Source of the DNA: Opitutales bacterium
GTDB taxonomy: Bacteria; Verrucomicrobiota; Verrucomicrobiia; Opitutales; PNEW01
Direction of reading: 5' to 3'
Assembly: GCA_965197745.1 (NCBI GenBank)
Contig: CBDANS010000007.1
Coordinates: forward strand, 1,408,001-1,472,000
DNA length: 64,000 nt
Shown: positions 10,280 to 20,425 of the stretch, in pieces
Layout: each line of letters starts with the position of its first letter
How positions within the stretch are numbered: position 1 is the first letter of the stretch
Position numbers and translations under genes: made by a program
The notes under the pieces: model-generated
The model's database searches: none
What the model was told of the DNA's origin: nothing
Seen by the model: the letters and a program-made list of their open reading frames with translations, nothing else

Positions 10280-10966
10280 TCAGGTAATCGTTTCATGAGG
10301 TTTAACCATACCATTTGAAATGGCAAATCGCGTAAGCCCGGCTATATCATGAATATCTAATTTTTTCATGATATTGGCCCGATGGGTTTCGGCTGTTTTT
10401 GAGCTTATATTAAGTTTCGATGCGATTTCTTTGGTCGAATGGCTTTCTGCCACAAGCTGTATAATTTCACGTTCGCGTGTGGTCAAAGATTTCATGGTGC
10501 CGTCCTCCCGAGGATTAAACATAATTTCTCTTACTGCTTCCATTATACGGGGACCGAAATAAGTTTCACCGTTGGAGACCAAACGGATTGCTTTTTCAAG
10601 TTCTTCGATAGTTGTATCTTTTTCCAGATAACCATTTATTCCGGTTTCCATTATCTTTTTGACTAACCCGGGGGATTGAGTGCCAGAAAATACTAATATA
10701 TTGCTTTTTGGTTTCTCGGATTTCAGACGTTGCAGGATTTCCAAGCCATTAAGACTGGGAAGCATAATATCTAACATTACGAGGTCCGGCTCGTGTTGCA
10801 GACATAGTTTAAACCCCTCTGCCCCATCACCTGTTGTTGCGATTACCTTTAGGGATGGAAATGAATCCAGAATACGGCATATCATTTCGCGCATTATTTT
10901 CTCATCTTCTATGATAATGACCGATTTCATTAAATTGAGTATAAGAAGACTATGAATACACGACAA
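10280..10966 (-). CDS. NarL/LuxR family DNA-binding response regulator
   Basis: Receiver plus LT.RE.E...S.KEIA..L.IS.KT...HR.NI..KL HTH; true start may be the internal Met (MKSVIII). Confidence 0.93.
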   Translation of the reverse strand: MSCIHSLLILNLMKSVIIIEDEKIMREMICRILDSFPSLKVIATTGDGAEGFKLCLQHEPDLVMLDIMLPSLNGLEILQRLKSEKPKSNILVFSGTQSPGLVKKIMETGINGYLEKDTTIEELEKAIRLVSNGETYFGPRIMEAVREIMFNPREDGTMKSLTTREREIIQLVAESHSTKEIASKLNISSKTAETHRANIMKKLDIHDIAGLTRFAISNGMVKPHETIT

Positions 10967-11344
10967 GGCAGATGTTTTACTTTATCATCATATTTAAAGT
11001 TAAAATCCATAATCTATGGTTTCCAAAAGATGTATTTTATAACTGAAAAAGATCTTTCAGTCAAAAACATACCGGCTTAATGGGGGTATTAAAAGTAACT
11101 ATACACTTCGAATGTAAATTAAACGAAACGCAGCGAAATAAAGATTATCTTTATTGAATTATTTTGCACTGCTTAAATTTTAGAAAACCCGCGAAAATAT
11201 TATATGCATCGAGGGTATTTCAATAAAGTACATTCAAATACTCAGAATGTCTTTTTTGGGAGGCGGTTATCAAGAATATTAACGATGTGACAACAATTAT
11301 AATATTCTTACTTAACAGCTGAATGTTGTGGCTAAAAAAGTTGG

Positions 11345-14300
11345 TTATTTTTTATTTACCAACGCAGTCGTACCCAAAAGTTTAATCAAGCGACGGCGTT
11401 CACGCCATCCGATGAGGGTAAGGATCAAGCCACCGCCGAGGTAAGTCGAGGGCTCGGGGACAGGTACGATCTCATCCCCTTGAAAACGCGCGTGAAAGGT
11501 CTTACTCGTCCCCCACGGATTGACGAACCTTATCTGCGCTAACTGCGAGTCGGTCAGCCCTGCCGATCCAAATATGATCTGGTCGATGCCTCCCCCGTTG
11601 GTGTCTCCGGTGTAGTCCAGTATTGAGAGGATCTGTCCCGAGTCCGTCCACGCCAGTTCCAGTCCGCTGCTGTCGTCAAAGTCTATAATGCTTGTTCCGG
11701 TGCCTAAATCGATTGACGAGTCCGAGGACAGGGTCAGCGTTCCTAACACTTCATCGAAACCGTCGGTGTCAAAGATCCCTCCATCCAATTCCATGTTCGC
11801 GGTGTCCACGATCTGGTCATCACCACTTAAGAGCAAACTGCCCCCGGTGATGATCACCGTTCCCGTGCCGTCAAGGGCATTGCCCGCTCCGTTGTTCAGT
11901 TCCAGGGTTCCCGCATTGACCGTGGTGTCTCCGCTGAAACTGTTCGTGCCGGTTAAGGTCAGGGTCCCCGCATCGAGGAAGACCTGGGCCGTGGCACTGC
12001 CGCTGCTTAAGGAACCGATCGTTTCACTGAAACTGTTTACGTCGAGGCGTCCGTCAGAATCGATGGTCACTGCCGAGGTGTCAGCGATCTGTTCGCTGCT
12101 GCCGACAAAGGCGATGGCCGATCCGGCTGCCCCCACGCCGTCACCAATGACCAGGGCCCCGGGAACAGAGGTTCCACCGGACACATTCAGATTCATCGTC
12201 CCGTCGTTAATGGTCGTTGATCCGGTGTAGGTATTAGACCCTCCCTGGACAAACCAGGTGCTCGTGCCATCTTTTACAAAATTGCCTGTTCCACTGATCA
12301 CTGAACCTGAGATTATCCCGGCTAAATCACCGTTATCAACAGTCAGCGTGCTTCCGTTCAGATCAATATCACCACTGATCGACATGATCGTCGTGTTGCT
12401 TATTTTGGCATTGGAACCAAGGGTGATATCGCCGGTCCATTCCTCAAATCCTGCACCCGGATCAGTCCAATACAGTGCGCCCACGCCGCCCACTCCGGTG
12501 CCATTGATGGTCAACGGCTCCGCGGACATGTCCGAAGCTATATCCGATACCTGGAGCGTTGCTCCGGACTGGACTACAGTCCCACTGCCGGTGCCGCCCA
12601 GGGCGCTCGGATCGGTGATCTCGAGGGTCCCCGCCTGTACCGCGGTCGTGCCTGTGTAGGTATTGACGCCATCCAGGACCAGGGTCCCCCTGTGCCGGTC
12701 TTGTCAAAGCTTCCCGTGCCGGCCATGATCCCCCCGTAGGTCAACGTCGTGGCGGCATCGGTTTCGATCGTCCCTCCGCCCGCGTTTAAGGCGATTCCAC
12801 GGTTGCTGTCCAGGGAGAAGGTAGCAGTGGTATTAAGCGTGCCTCCGTCAAAGGTAAGGTGTCCGGGGGTGGCTGCTCCGGGGGCTGCCCCTAATCCACT
12901 GTCGGCGCTGATGCTGATCGAGCCGTCGTTGATCGTCGTTGCTCCGGTGTAGGTGTTGACCGCCGAGAGGGTGAGGGTGCCATTGCCGTCTTTAATTAAA
13001 TCTCCAGAGTCTGAGACGATGCCACTGAAGGTGGTGTCACCGTTGCCGTCAACGGTAAGATCAAAAGTCTGATTGTCGATGGTGCCACTGACGTCCAAAG
13101 TGCCTGCGTCAGTTTTAATGGTTGCTGCCGATCCCAGACTGACCGCGCCCTGCCATTCGGTGCTGCCGGAAATATTTTGCAAAGCTCCCGCGCTGCTCTC
13201 CCCGGTGCCATTTAAAGAAAGCGCTTCGGCCCCTACAGTGATCCCCGTGTCGAGGGCCAGGGTCCCGCCACTGTTGACGGTCGTGCCGCTGCCGGTTGTG
13301 CCCATTCGATTTCGAGAACACCGTCATTAACGGTGGTGTTTCCTGAGTAAGTGTTAGCGGCGGTAAGGGTGAGGGTGCCATTGCCGTTTTTAATTAAAGC
13401 TCCCGAATCGGAGAGGACGCCACTGAAAGTCGTGTCGGCGGCTCCACCCACGGTCAGCGCGAACGACTGATTGTCGATGTTGCCGCTGATCTCTAAACTG
13501 CCAGCTAGTGAAATGATAGTGGCAGTCGATCCCAAGTCGACGGCTCCCTGCCATTCGTTGGTGCCGGAAATGTTCTGTAAGGCTCCCGCAGTGCCAGCCT
13601 CTCCGGTGCCGTTTAAAGTGAGGCCTTCTCCTGTAACCGTGATTCCCGTATCGAGGGCTAAGGTGCCACCACTGTTGACCGTTGTGTCGCTGGTGGTATC
13701 GCCGAGGGCACTGGCGTCTTCGATTTCGAGGACACCATTGTTGATCGTCGTGGTCCCGTCATAGGTGTTATTATTGGTTAAAGTCCAGGTCCCGTCGCCC
13801 TGCTTGACAATATCGCCACTCTCCGAAATGACACCGTCAAATGTCGCATTCGTAGCATCGCCCACGGTAAGCGTTCCTTGTGGTGAAGTCCCCAACTGCA
13901 CTTCTGCAGCCGTGCTCGAACTGGAGAGCGACCCGATCGTTTCGTCCTCATTGGTGAGATCGAGCAGTCCATCCGACAGTATCGTGACCGCGCTGGTGTC
14001 AGAGATCTGATCATTGCGATTGGCGTATTCGACAATGGCACTGCCCGCTGCTCCCACTCCGTCACCTATAGTAAGATCTGAGTCAATCGCTCCATTGACA
14101 CTGCTTCTATCTAAAGACAGGGTCCCGTCTTCGACAACGGTGTCTCCGCTGTAGGTATTGGTGCCTCCGTTTTCAAAAGTCAGTTGTCCTCCCTGGTGGG
14201 TGATTCCCCCCGTACCCGAGATGTTTCCCTGGATACGGAAGTTCTGTGTGTTGGCGTTAAAATAATCGAGGTCGTCATTGAGGGCTATAGGGGCTAATAT

Positions 14301-14681
14301 TCTGCTCTTGTCCTGCATGTCCACAGTGAGCGAGGCATTGCCGCTGCTCACATCAAAGGTGATGGTGTTGGTGCCAATGATATTGTATTCTTTGTTATTC
14401 GTGTCGTGAAAGAAATCCATCTGCCCGACCACGACATTAATGTCTACCGTGACATTACGGTTGTTGCCGGTACTAACGGTTCCAAAGTTGGCGGTGTCAC
14501 CGATGGCGTTGGGGGGACCTCCACCCGGTGTCCAGTTGCCGGCCACACTCCAGTTGCCATTGCCATTGAGGTTCCAGTCAAATACTTGCGCTTCGAGAGT
14601 TGATGATAAATAAAAACTCAACACTAGGAGTAATCCCAAGCGGTGTGAGTTTCTTATCTTAACTTTATTCTTCAGACTCAT
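11345..14681 (-). pseudogene. PEP-CTERM sorted protein with autotransporter-associated beta-strand repeats, split by two frameshifts
   Basis: Signal peptide, repeated K.G.GTLTL...NTY.G.T.VN.G.L motifs, C-terminal VPEPSTY + TM + RRR; frames break at about 13304 and at the C5 run 12686-12690. Confidence 0.85.
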
Positions 14682-14820
14682 TTCAGATTGGTATCGCGCT
14701 TTAATATTAGTAAATCTAAATTAATTATCTATTAATATTAGAAAAACTTTAATTAAATTGCAAGCAAAACTGGGGGTTTATACCTATAAAAAATATGTAA
14801 AAAACAGCCATGATTTGTGA

Positions 14821-15006
14821 TTATTCAGAAGGAAAACTTAGGAGATGAGTGGCATAAGAGAGTTCTTGATTTTGCAATCTGGCCCAAAGATTACAGGCCA
14901 GGTATAAAAGGAGGAAAAAGACGCCCCAATGCATTTCTTCAAGGAGGAACATAAAAATTGAAAAAAGAAGGAAGACGCTGGCTAAGAGTAGTTTAATTAA
15001 GTGCAT
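14821..15006 (-). CDS. small hypothetical membrane protein
   Basis: 61 aa with two hydrophobic stretches. Confidence 0.3.
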   Translation of the reverse strand: MHLIKLLLASVFLLFSIFMFLLEEMHWGVFFLLLYLACNLWARLQNQELSYATHLLSFPSE

Positions 15007-15097
15007 GCGATACTTTTCTGTTGTATTCCATAGTATCGCATTAAACGAGACTGATGGTATCAGTAAAATACTGTATCTTTTTTAGAGATATCACGTA

Positions 15098-15296
15098 GCA
15101 GGACGCGTAAAGTGCTGGAAGGTAAAATTTACATACCACATATGGGACGCGTTCAAGTTGAATGGGCGATAGCGCCCCGGCTGATAAACAGAGATTGGCA
15201 GTTTTAATGAAAACGCCCCAGTCTGGTCGGTCTGGAGAGAGAGAAGCACCCCCAAGAGCAATTTAACTTAGCGCATAAGATTTAATACGCCCCTGC
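15098..15296 (+). ncRNA. ssrS: probable 6S RNA
   Basis: About 200-nt intergenic rod: GCAGGACGCGTA pairs with TACGCCCCTGC, GTGCT with AGCGC (a G-U pair favours the + strand), AAGGTAAAATT with AATTTAACTT; central bubble ACATACCAC; GGGACGCGTTC pairs with GAAGCACCCC. Confidence 0.6.
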
Positions 15297-15410
15297 CTTT
15301 ATCGGTTTTACACCAGTAAGAGCAATCTCAGGGATTGATTAGGTTTAAATTGGGTGATCAAGTAGTATTTAGTAACCGGTAGATAAAAAGTAAATTGCTA
15401 ATAAATAGGC

Positions 15411-16112
15411 TTATTCACTCAGAAAACGGGGTTTGATTTTTTCTTCAGTAATTTTATCCCCATTCTTACAAACCGTGTAAGCACTTGCCGTTTGACGTGA
15501 GCTGACTACTTGATGAAGTTGATTTTCAACATAATGGAGGGCCACACCGTCATCCGCGGCCACACCATCGGAAATTTCTCCATTTAGAATCAACTGGTGG
15601 TATGATGGTCGACGGGCAGCTTCACTGTCAAAATGAGGACAATTACTGCCAGGGAGAAAGCCCAGGTAATTGAGAGGGGTCAAGCGCCCCGGGATGGAAT
15701 CGGTAACTCCCTCATCAAACCAGCAGATTGATCCCGCGCTTACTCCGCCCAGGACTATGCCTTTCTCCCAGGCTTTTCTCAATATTAGATTTACCCCCCA
15801 ATCGCGCCAAAGAACGAGCATGTTTCGGGTGTTGCCTCCGCCAATGTAGAGCGCGTCCTGATCGAGAATGATCGCTTCCAGGTCTTCACTGGGCGCATTA
15901 AAAAGACTGAGATGGCATGGTTTACACTCCAGGCGGAGAGCAGCATCATAAAAGCGCCGAATCATCCAATCTGAATCCCCGGCAGCGGTCGGAAGAAAAC
16001 AAATATTGGGGCAGGTTTGACCCGTTAGCTTAAGAAAGTATTTTTCAAGTAATAATCTGTCAGGCAGCAACGATAAACCTGCACCCCCAATAGCTAAAAT
16101 CTGTTTTTTCAT
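15411..16112 (-). CDS. pepE: peptidase E (S51 family)
   Basis: F.PTA.GD, YIGGGNT, G.SAG nucleophile elbow, CPH. Confidence 0.85.
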   Translation of the reverse strand: MKKQILAIGGAGLSLLPDRLLLEKYFLKLTGQTCPNICFLPTAAGDSDWMIRRFYDAALRLECKPCHLSLFNAPSEDLEAIILDQDALYIGGGNTRNMLVLWRDWGVNLILRKAWEKGIVLGGVSAGSICWFDEGVTDSIPGRLTPLNYLGFLPGSNCPHFDSEAARRPSYHQLILNGEISDGVAADDGVALHYVENQLHQVVSSRQTASAYTVCKNGDKITEEKIKPRFLSE

Positions 16113-16217
16113 ATAATCTTTGAATCTAATCCTTGATTTAAATTTAAAATTCTAGAGGATTAAATCGCAGAGTAGAATATTTTTTAGAGGCGAAGCAATA
16201 GCGCATATGGAGTATCC

Positions 16218-18344
16218 ATGAGTGGAACATTAGATTTAAAAACCCCTAAGACGATTAATCTCCGCGAGGGCGACTCAGAGGAAAAACGAGAAAAGATAAG
16301 GCAGTATTTTCACGAGACATTTGATGTCTATGAAAAGCTTTTCGAGCCATTGAAAAATGAAGAAGCCTATACTACGCGAGCGGATCCCCTGCGCCATCCG
16401 CTCATTTTTTATTTAGGGCACCCCGCGGTTTTCTTTATCAATAAACTTGTCCTCGCTAAGATACTGGATAAGCGCATCAATCCCAAATTCGAATCCATGT
16501 TTGCGGTTGGTGTTGATGAAATGTCCTGGGATGATCTTAACGAGTTGCATTACGACTGGCCAAAGTCAATAGAGGTGAAGGAATACCGAAATCGGGTCAG
16601 GCGAACGGTCGACGAATTGATAAGAGAAATGCCACTGAATCTTCCCATTGATTGGGATAATCCGTTCTGGGTGATTATGATGGGAATAGAGCATGAACGC
16701 ATCCATTTGGAAACGTCTTCTGTCCTCATCCGCCAGCTTCCGCACAATCTCCTTTCATCTAATTCGGAGTGGCAGATCTGTAGTGATAGTGGAAGAGCGC
16801 CTGAAAACCGCTTACTTCCTGTTAGCGAGGGGAAGTTGCAGATGGGTAAGGAGAGAGAGCATCCGCTCTATGGATGGGATAATGAATACGGCCGTTATGA
16901 AACAGAGGTCGCGACATTTAAAGCCAGTCAGTATTTGGTAACTAATCAGGAATTTTTGGAATTTGTGGAAGCGGGTGCTTACGGGAATGAACAATGGTGG
17001 ACCGAGGAAGGTTGGAAATGGGCACAATATAAAAAAGCAGAACATCCATTGTTCTGGATGCCCGACGATAAAGGGTCCTATCGATTCAGGACCATGCTGG
17101 AAATTATAGATATGCCGTGGAATTGGCCCGTAGAAGTAAATTACCTGGAAGCTAAAGCCTTTTGTAATTGGAAAAGTGATAAATCGGGAAAAACGATACG
17201 CCTTCTTATGGAAGAAGAATGGTATCGCTTGTTGGATTTTACGATGACGAAAGATCAACCTGAATGGCAACACGCACCCGGGAATATAAACCTGGAGTAT
17301 TATGCCTCATCCTGTCCGGTGGATAAATTTCAGTTTGGCGAGTTTTATGATGTATTAGGAAATGTCTGGCAATGGACTGAGAGCCCTATAGCCGGCTTTC
17401 CCGGATTTGAAGTCCACCCTCTATACGACGATTTTTCAACCCCGACCTTTGATACTAAACATAATCTGATTAAAGGAGGGTCATGGATTTCAACGGGCAA
17501 CGAGGCGACAAGACACTCGCGCTATGCTTTTAGACGACACTTTTTTCAACACGCAGGATTTCGCTATGTCGAATCAGATACGCCCGTTGTCATCCGCAAT
17601 GATGTCTATGAAACGGATCCAGAAGTAGCTCAATACTGCGAATTACACTATGGAGAAGACCATTTTGAAATTGAGAATTATCCTGAAAAAATTGCGCAGA
17701 TCAGTCTGGCAAAAATGCAGGGTCGATCTAAAAAGAGAGCGCTTAACCTTGGTTGTAAAGTAGGGCGAAGCACTTTTGAACTGGCGGTGGAGTTTGATTC
17801 GGTCACTGGATTAGATGCCACCGCGCGCACGATCAAGATTGCCGTCGATATGAAGGATAAAGGATACGCTCTTTATGCCCTTCCTAAAGAAGGAGAAATT
17901 TATACCTTTCACGAAAAAAGACTCACCGATCTCGGTCTTGATGGGGTTCGCGACAAGGTTGAGTTTTATCAAGCAGATGCATCCAACCTGATCGAACGAC
18001 ACAAAGATTACGATCTCATCCTCATCGATAACCTCATCGATAGAATATATGACCCGAAGAAATTATTAAACAACGTCCATAATCGGGTAAATCCTGGAGG
18101 ACTGCTATTAATTTCCTCAACTTATGACTGGCAGAAAAAGCACACCGAAAAACAAAAATGGGTGGGGGGTTTTAAAGAGGCGGGTGAGAATGTTATTTCA
18201 CTGGAGGGTTTAAAGCAGCTATTAGAACCGCATTTTAAATTCATGGGCGAGCCCATGGATATTCCTTACGTTATCCGGGAAACAACGCGTAAGTACCAAC
18301 ACTGTATTGCGGAATTAACTATTTGGGAACGCCAAACGAATTAA
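16218..18344 (+). CDS. ovoA: 5-histidylcysteine sulfoxide synthase OvoA (DinB-like + FGE-sulfatase + SAM methyltransferase)
   Basis: RHPLIFY.GH, GVDEMSWDD, Fe motif HERIHLE, YAFRRHFFQHAGFRY, C-terminal methyltransferase LG..VGR..FEL. Confidence 0.93.
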   Translation: MSGTLDLKTPKTINLREGDSEEKREKIRQYFHETFDVYEKLFEPLKNEEAYTTRADPLRHPLIFYLGHPAVFFINKLVLAKILDKRINPKFESMFAVGVDEMSWDDLNELHYDWPKSIEVKEYRNRVRRTVDELIREMPLNLPIDWDNPFWVIMMGIEHERIHLETSSVLIRQLPHNLLSSNSEWQICSDSGRAPENRLLPVSEGKLQMGKEREHPLYGWDNEYGRYETEVATFKASQYLVTNQEFLEFVEAGAYGNEQWWTEEGWKWAQYKKAEHPLFWMPDDKGSYRFRTMLEIIDMPWNWPVEVNYLEAKAFCNWKSDKSGKTIRLLMEEEWYRLLDFTMTKDQPEWQHAPGNINLEYYASSCPVDKFQFGEFYDVLGNVWQWTESPIAGFPGFEVHPLYDDFSTPTFDTKHNLIKGGSWISTGNEATRHSRYAFRRHFFQHAGFRYVESDTPVVIRNDVYETDPEVAQYCELHYGEDHFEIENYPEKIAQISLAKMQGRSKKRALNLGCKVGRSTFELAVEFDSVTGLDATARTIKIAVDMKDKGYALYALPKEGEIYTFHEKRLTDLGLDGVRDKVEFYQADASNLIERHKDYDLILIDNLIDRIYDPKKLLNNVHNRVNPGGLLLISSTYDWQKKHTEKQKWVGGFKEAGENVISLEGLKQLLEPHFKFMGEPMDIPYVIRETTRKYQHCIAELTIWERQTN

Positions 18345-18449
18345 TAAGTGGCATTTTTTTTGCCGATTAATTTATATCCCGATGAATTTTATGGAGGGAA
18401 CGCGTAATAATAGGATTTGTAGTTAATCTTTAATCCGTAATTTTAAAAC

Positions 18450-18477
18450 GGTGGAGCGGGGTGTCCCCAGCACGCTT
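18450..18477 (+). repeat. REP element (class C, GGTGGA-headed)
   Basis: GGTGGAGCGGGGTGTCCCCAGCACGCTT, matching copies at 26092, 43153, 47836 and 52331. Confidence 0.7.
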
Positions 18478-18497
18478 CAACCCTAAAATTTTATAAC

Positions 18498-19028
18498 ATG
18501 GAGGATAAATATTTTTTTTGGCTCGATCTGGAGATGTCCGGGTTAAGTCCTGTGGAAGATAAGATTCTTGAAGCCGCGGTGATCGTCACAGATAAGGAAC
18601 TCACATCGGTAATCACTTATGAAACCGCGGTCTTTCAGTCCCCGGAAGTTCTGGAAAATATGAACGCCTGGTGCAAAGAGCATCATGCCAAAAGCGGACT
18701 GACGGATAGGGTCTCTACCGGGATTCCGGAAAATGAACTTGACGATAAACTCTGTGCAATTACCGATGCCTATTTCAGGGATGAGCCAGTAATTCTTTGC
18801 GGTAATTCCATTGCTCACGACAGGAAATTTGTAGAAATGCATCTCCCAAAATTTACTTCGAAGTTGCATTACCGTATGCTTGATGTCTCAAGTTTCAAAA
18901 TTGTCTTTCAGGAAATTTTCGGTAAGAATTACGACAAAAAAAATAATCACCGGGCCTTGGCGGACATTCAAGAGTCAATAGCAGAATTGAAATATTATCT
19001 CGACTACATAAGGGATCAGGCCCATTGA
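18498..19028 (+). CDS. orn: oligoribonuclease
   Basis: W.DLEMSGL, M..WC.E.H..SGL, GNSI..DR.F, HYR.LDVSS, HRAL.DI.ESI.EL.YY. Confidence 0.95.
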   Translation: MEDKYFFWLDLEMSGLSPVEDKILEAAVIVTDKELTSVITYETAVFQSPEVLENMNAWCKEHHAKSGLTDRVSTGIPENELDDKLCAITDAYFRDEPVILCGNSIAHDRKFVEMHLPKFTSKLHYRMLDVSSFKIVFQEIFGKNYDKKNNHRALADIQESIAELKYYLDYIRDQAH

Positions 19029-19132
19029 CTTTTATCGGATACTGCGGTAATTGATGTGCCGTATAAAATTGTCTCATCACGGGATTTAACCTGACGTGAT
19101 GATGCAATAAGAGTACTCCAACAAATTATACG

Positions 19133-20407
19133 ATGAAAAATAGATTACTGGCTTATAGATTTGCTGATATTGGAATTACCATGCTGCGCTTCCCCATATT
19201 AATTTTTATAGCTCTATTAGCGTGGAGTATTAACTTAACAGCTGCTGACTGGCCCCAGTGGCGAGGGCCGGGGAGGAATGGCATTTCTTCAGAGACTGGG
19301 TTGTTAAGGTCATGGTCTGAAGAAGGACCCGAACTATTGTGGACCACTTCCGTGGGGGTAGGGGCTTCATCTATGGCCGTCCATGACAATTACGTATATA
19401 CCATGGGTAACATAAATGATGAGGACGTTGTCATTTGTCTCAACCGTAAAACTGGAGACAAGGTATGGTCTTTTTCCTATGCATGCCCTTTCAAGAGCAG
19501 GAGGCATGAAGGGGGCACCTCATGTACTCCCACTGTCGATGGCAATCGTGTTTATACACTCAGCTACGAGGGAGATCTTTACTGTCTTGATGCCACATCA
19601 GGCAGGGCCATATGGTCCAAAAGTCTGAGGAAGGAATTTAACGGTAAACCGAATAAATTTGGATATGCGTGTTCACCATTGGTTGTCGATGATATGGTAA
19701 TCGTTGAATCGGGCGCCGATGAAGGATCGCTCCTGGCGCTCAATAAAAAATCCGGTCGCTTTATATGGAAGTCAGGTGATTACAATGCAGGGTATTCCTC
19801 CCCTGTGGCGTTTCAACTCAATGGAAAACAAGTGGGATTAATTTTCAATGGTTATGGCCTGGTCGGGCACCGACTCGAGGACGGTAAGGAACTTTGGAAT
19901 TTTAAGTGGAATACCAGTTATGACATTAATGCGGCCACACCCATTGTTTCGGGAAAATATATATTTATTTCCTCAGGCTATGGGACGGGAGGCGCCGTAT
20001 TGAATGTAGGCAGAGGCAAGCTTACCGCTGTGTGGAAATCAGAAGCCTTTGCCAATCAATTCAGCAGCAGCGTGCTATGGAAGGGGCACCTTTACGGATT
20101 TCACGGTAATGTTGGTAAACAAGATGCATCCTTGCGTTGTGTGGAGTTTGCCACCGGTAATATCATATGGGAAAAGAGAGAACTGGGTATCGGTAGCGTC
20201 ATCCTTGTTGACAAAACGCTGGTCATTCTCAGTGAAGGGGGCGAGTTGGTGCTGGCCGAAGCATCGCCTTCCGGTTACACCGAATTGGAGCGTCTTCAAG
20301 TTCTGGGTGGACGCTGTTGGGTAACCCCGGCCTATGCAGATGGCTTAGTCTACTGTCGCAACAATAACGGCAAAATGGTTTGTTATAATCTAGGGGAGAA
20401 ACTGTAA
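19133..20407 (+). CDS. secreted PQQ-like beta-propeller repeat protein
   Basis: Signal peptide, DWPQWRGP.R.G, repeated CLD..TG..IW tryptophan-docking blades. Confidence 0.88.
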   Translation: MKNRLLAYRFADIGITMLRFPILIFIALLAWSINLTAADWPQWRGPGRNGISSETGLLRSWSEEGPELLWTTSVGVGASSMAVHDNYVYTMGNINDEDVVICLNRKTGDKVWSFSYACPFKSRRHEGGTSCTPTVDGNRVYTLSYEGDLYCLDATSGRAIWSKSLRKEFNGKPNKFGYACSPLVVDDMVIVESGADEGSLLALNKKSGRFIWKSGDYNAGYSSPVAFQLNGKQVGLIFNGYGLVGHRLEDGKELWNFKWNTSYDINAATPIVSGKYIFISSGYGTGGAVLNVGRGKLTAVWKSEAFANQFSSSVLWKGHLYGFHGNVGKQDASLRCVEFATGNIIWEKRELGIGSVILVDKTLVILSEGGELVLAEASPSGYTELERLQVLGGRCWVTPAYADGLVYCRNNNGKMVCYNLGEKL

Positions 20408-20425
20408 TCCCCAACGCTTATACCT

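Noticed and set aside
11688..14010. Plus-strand ORFs opposite the repeat protein
   Set aside because: Antisense shadows of biased, repetitive codons
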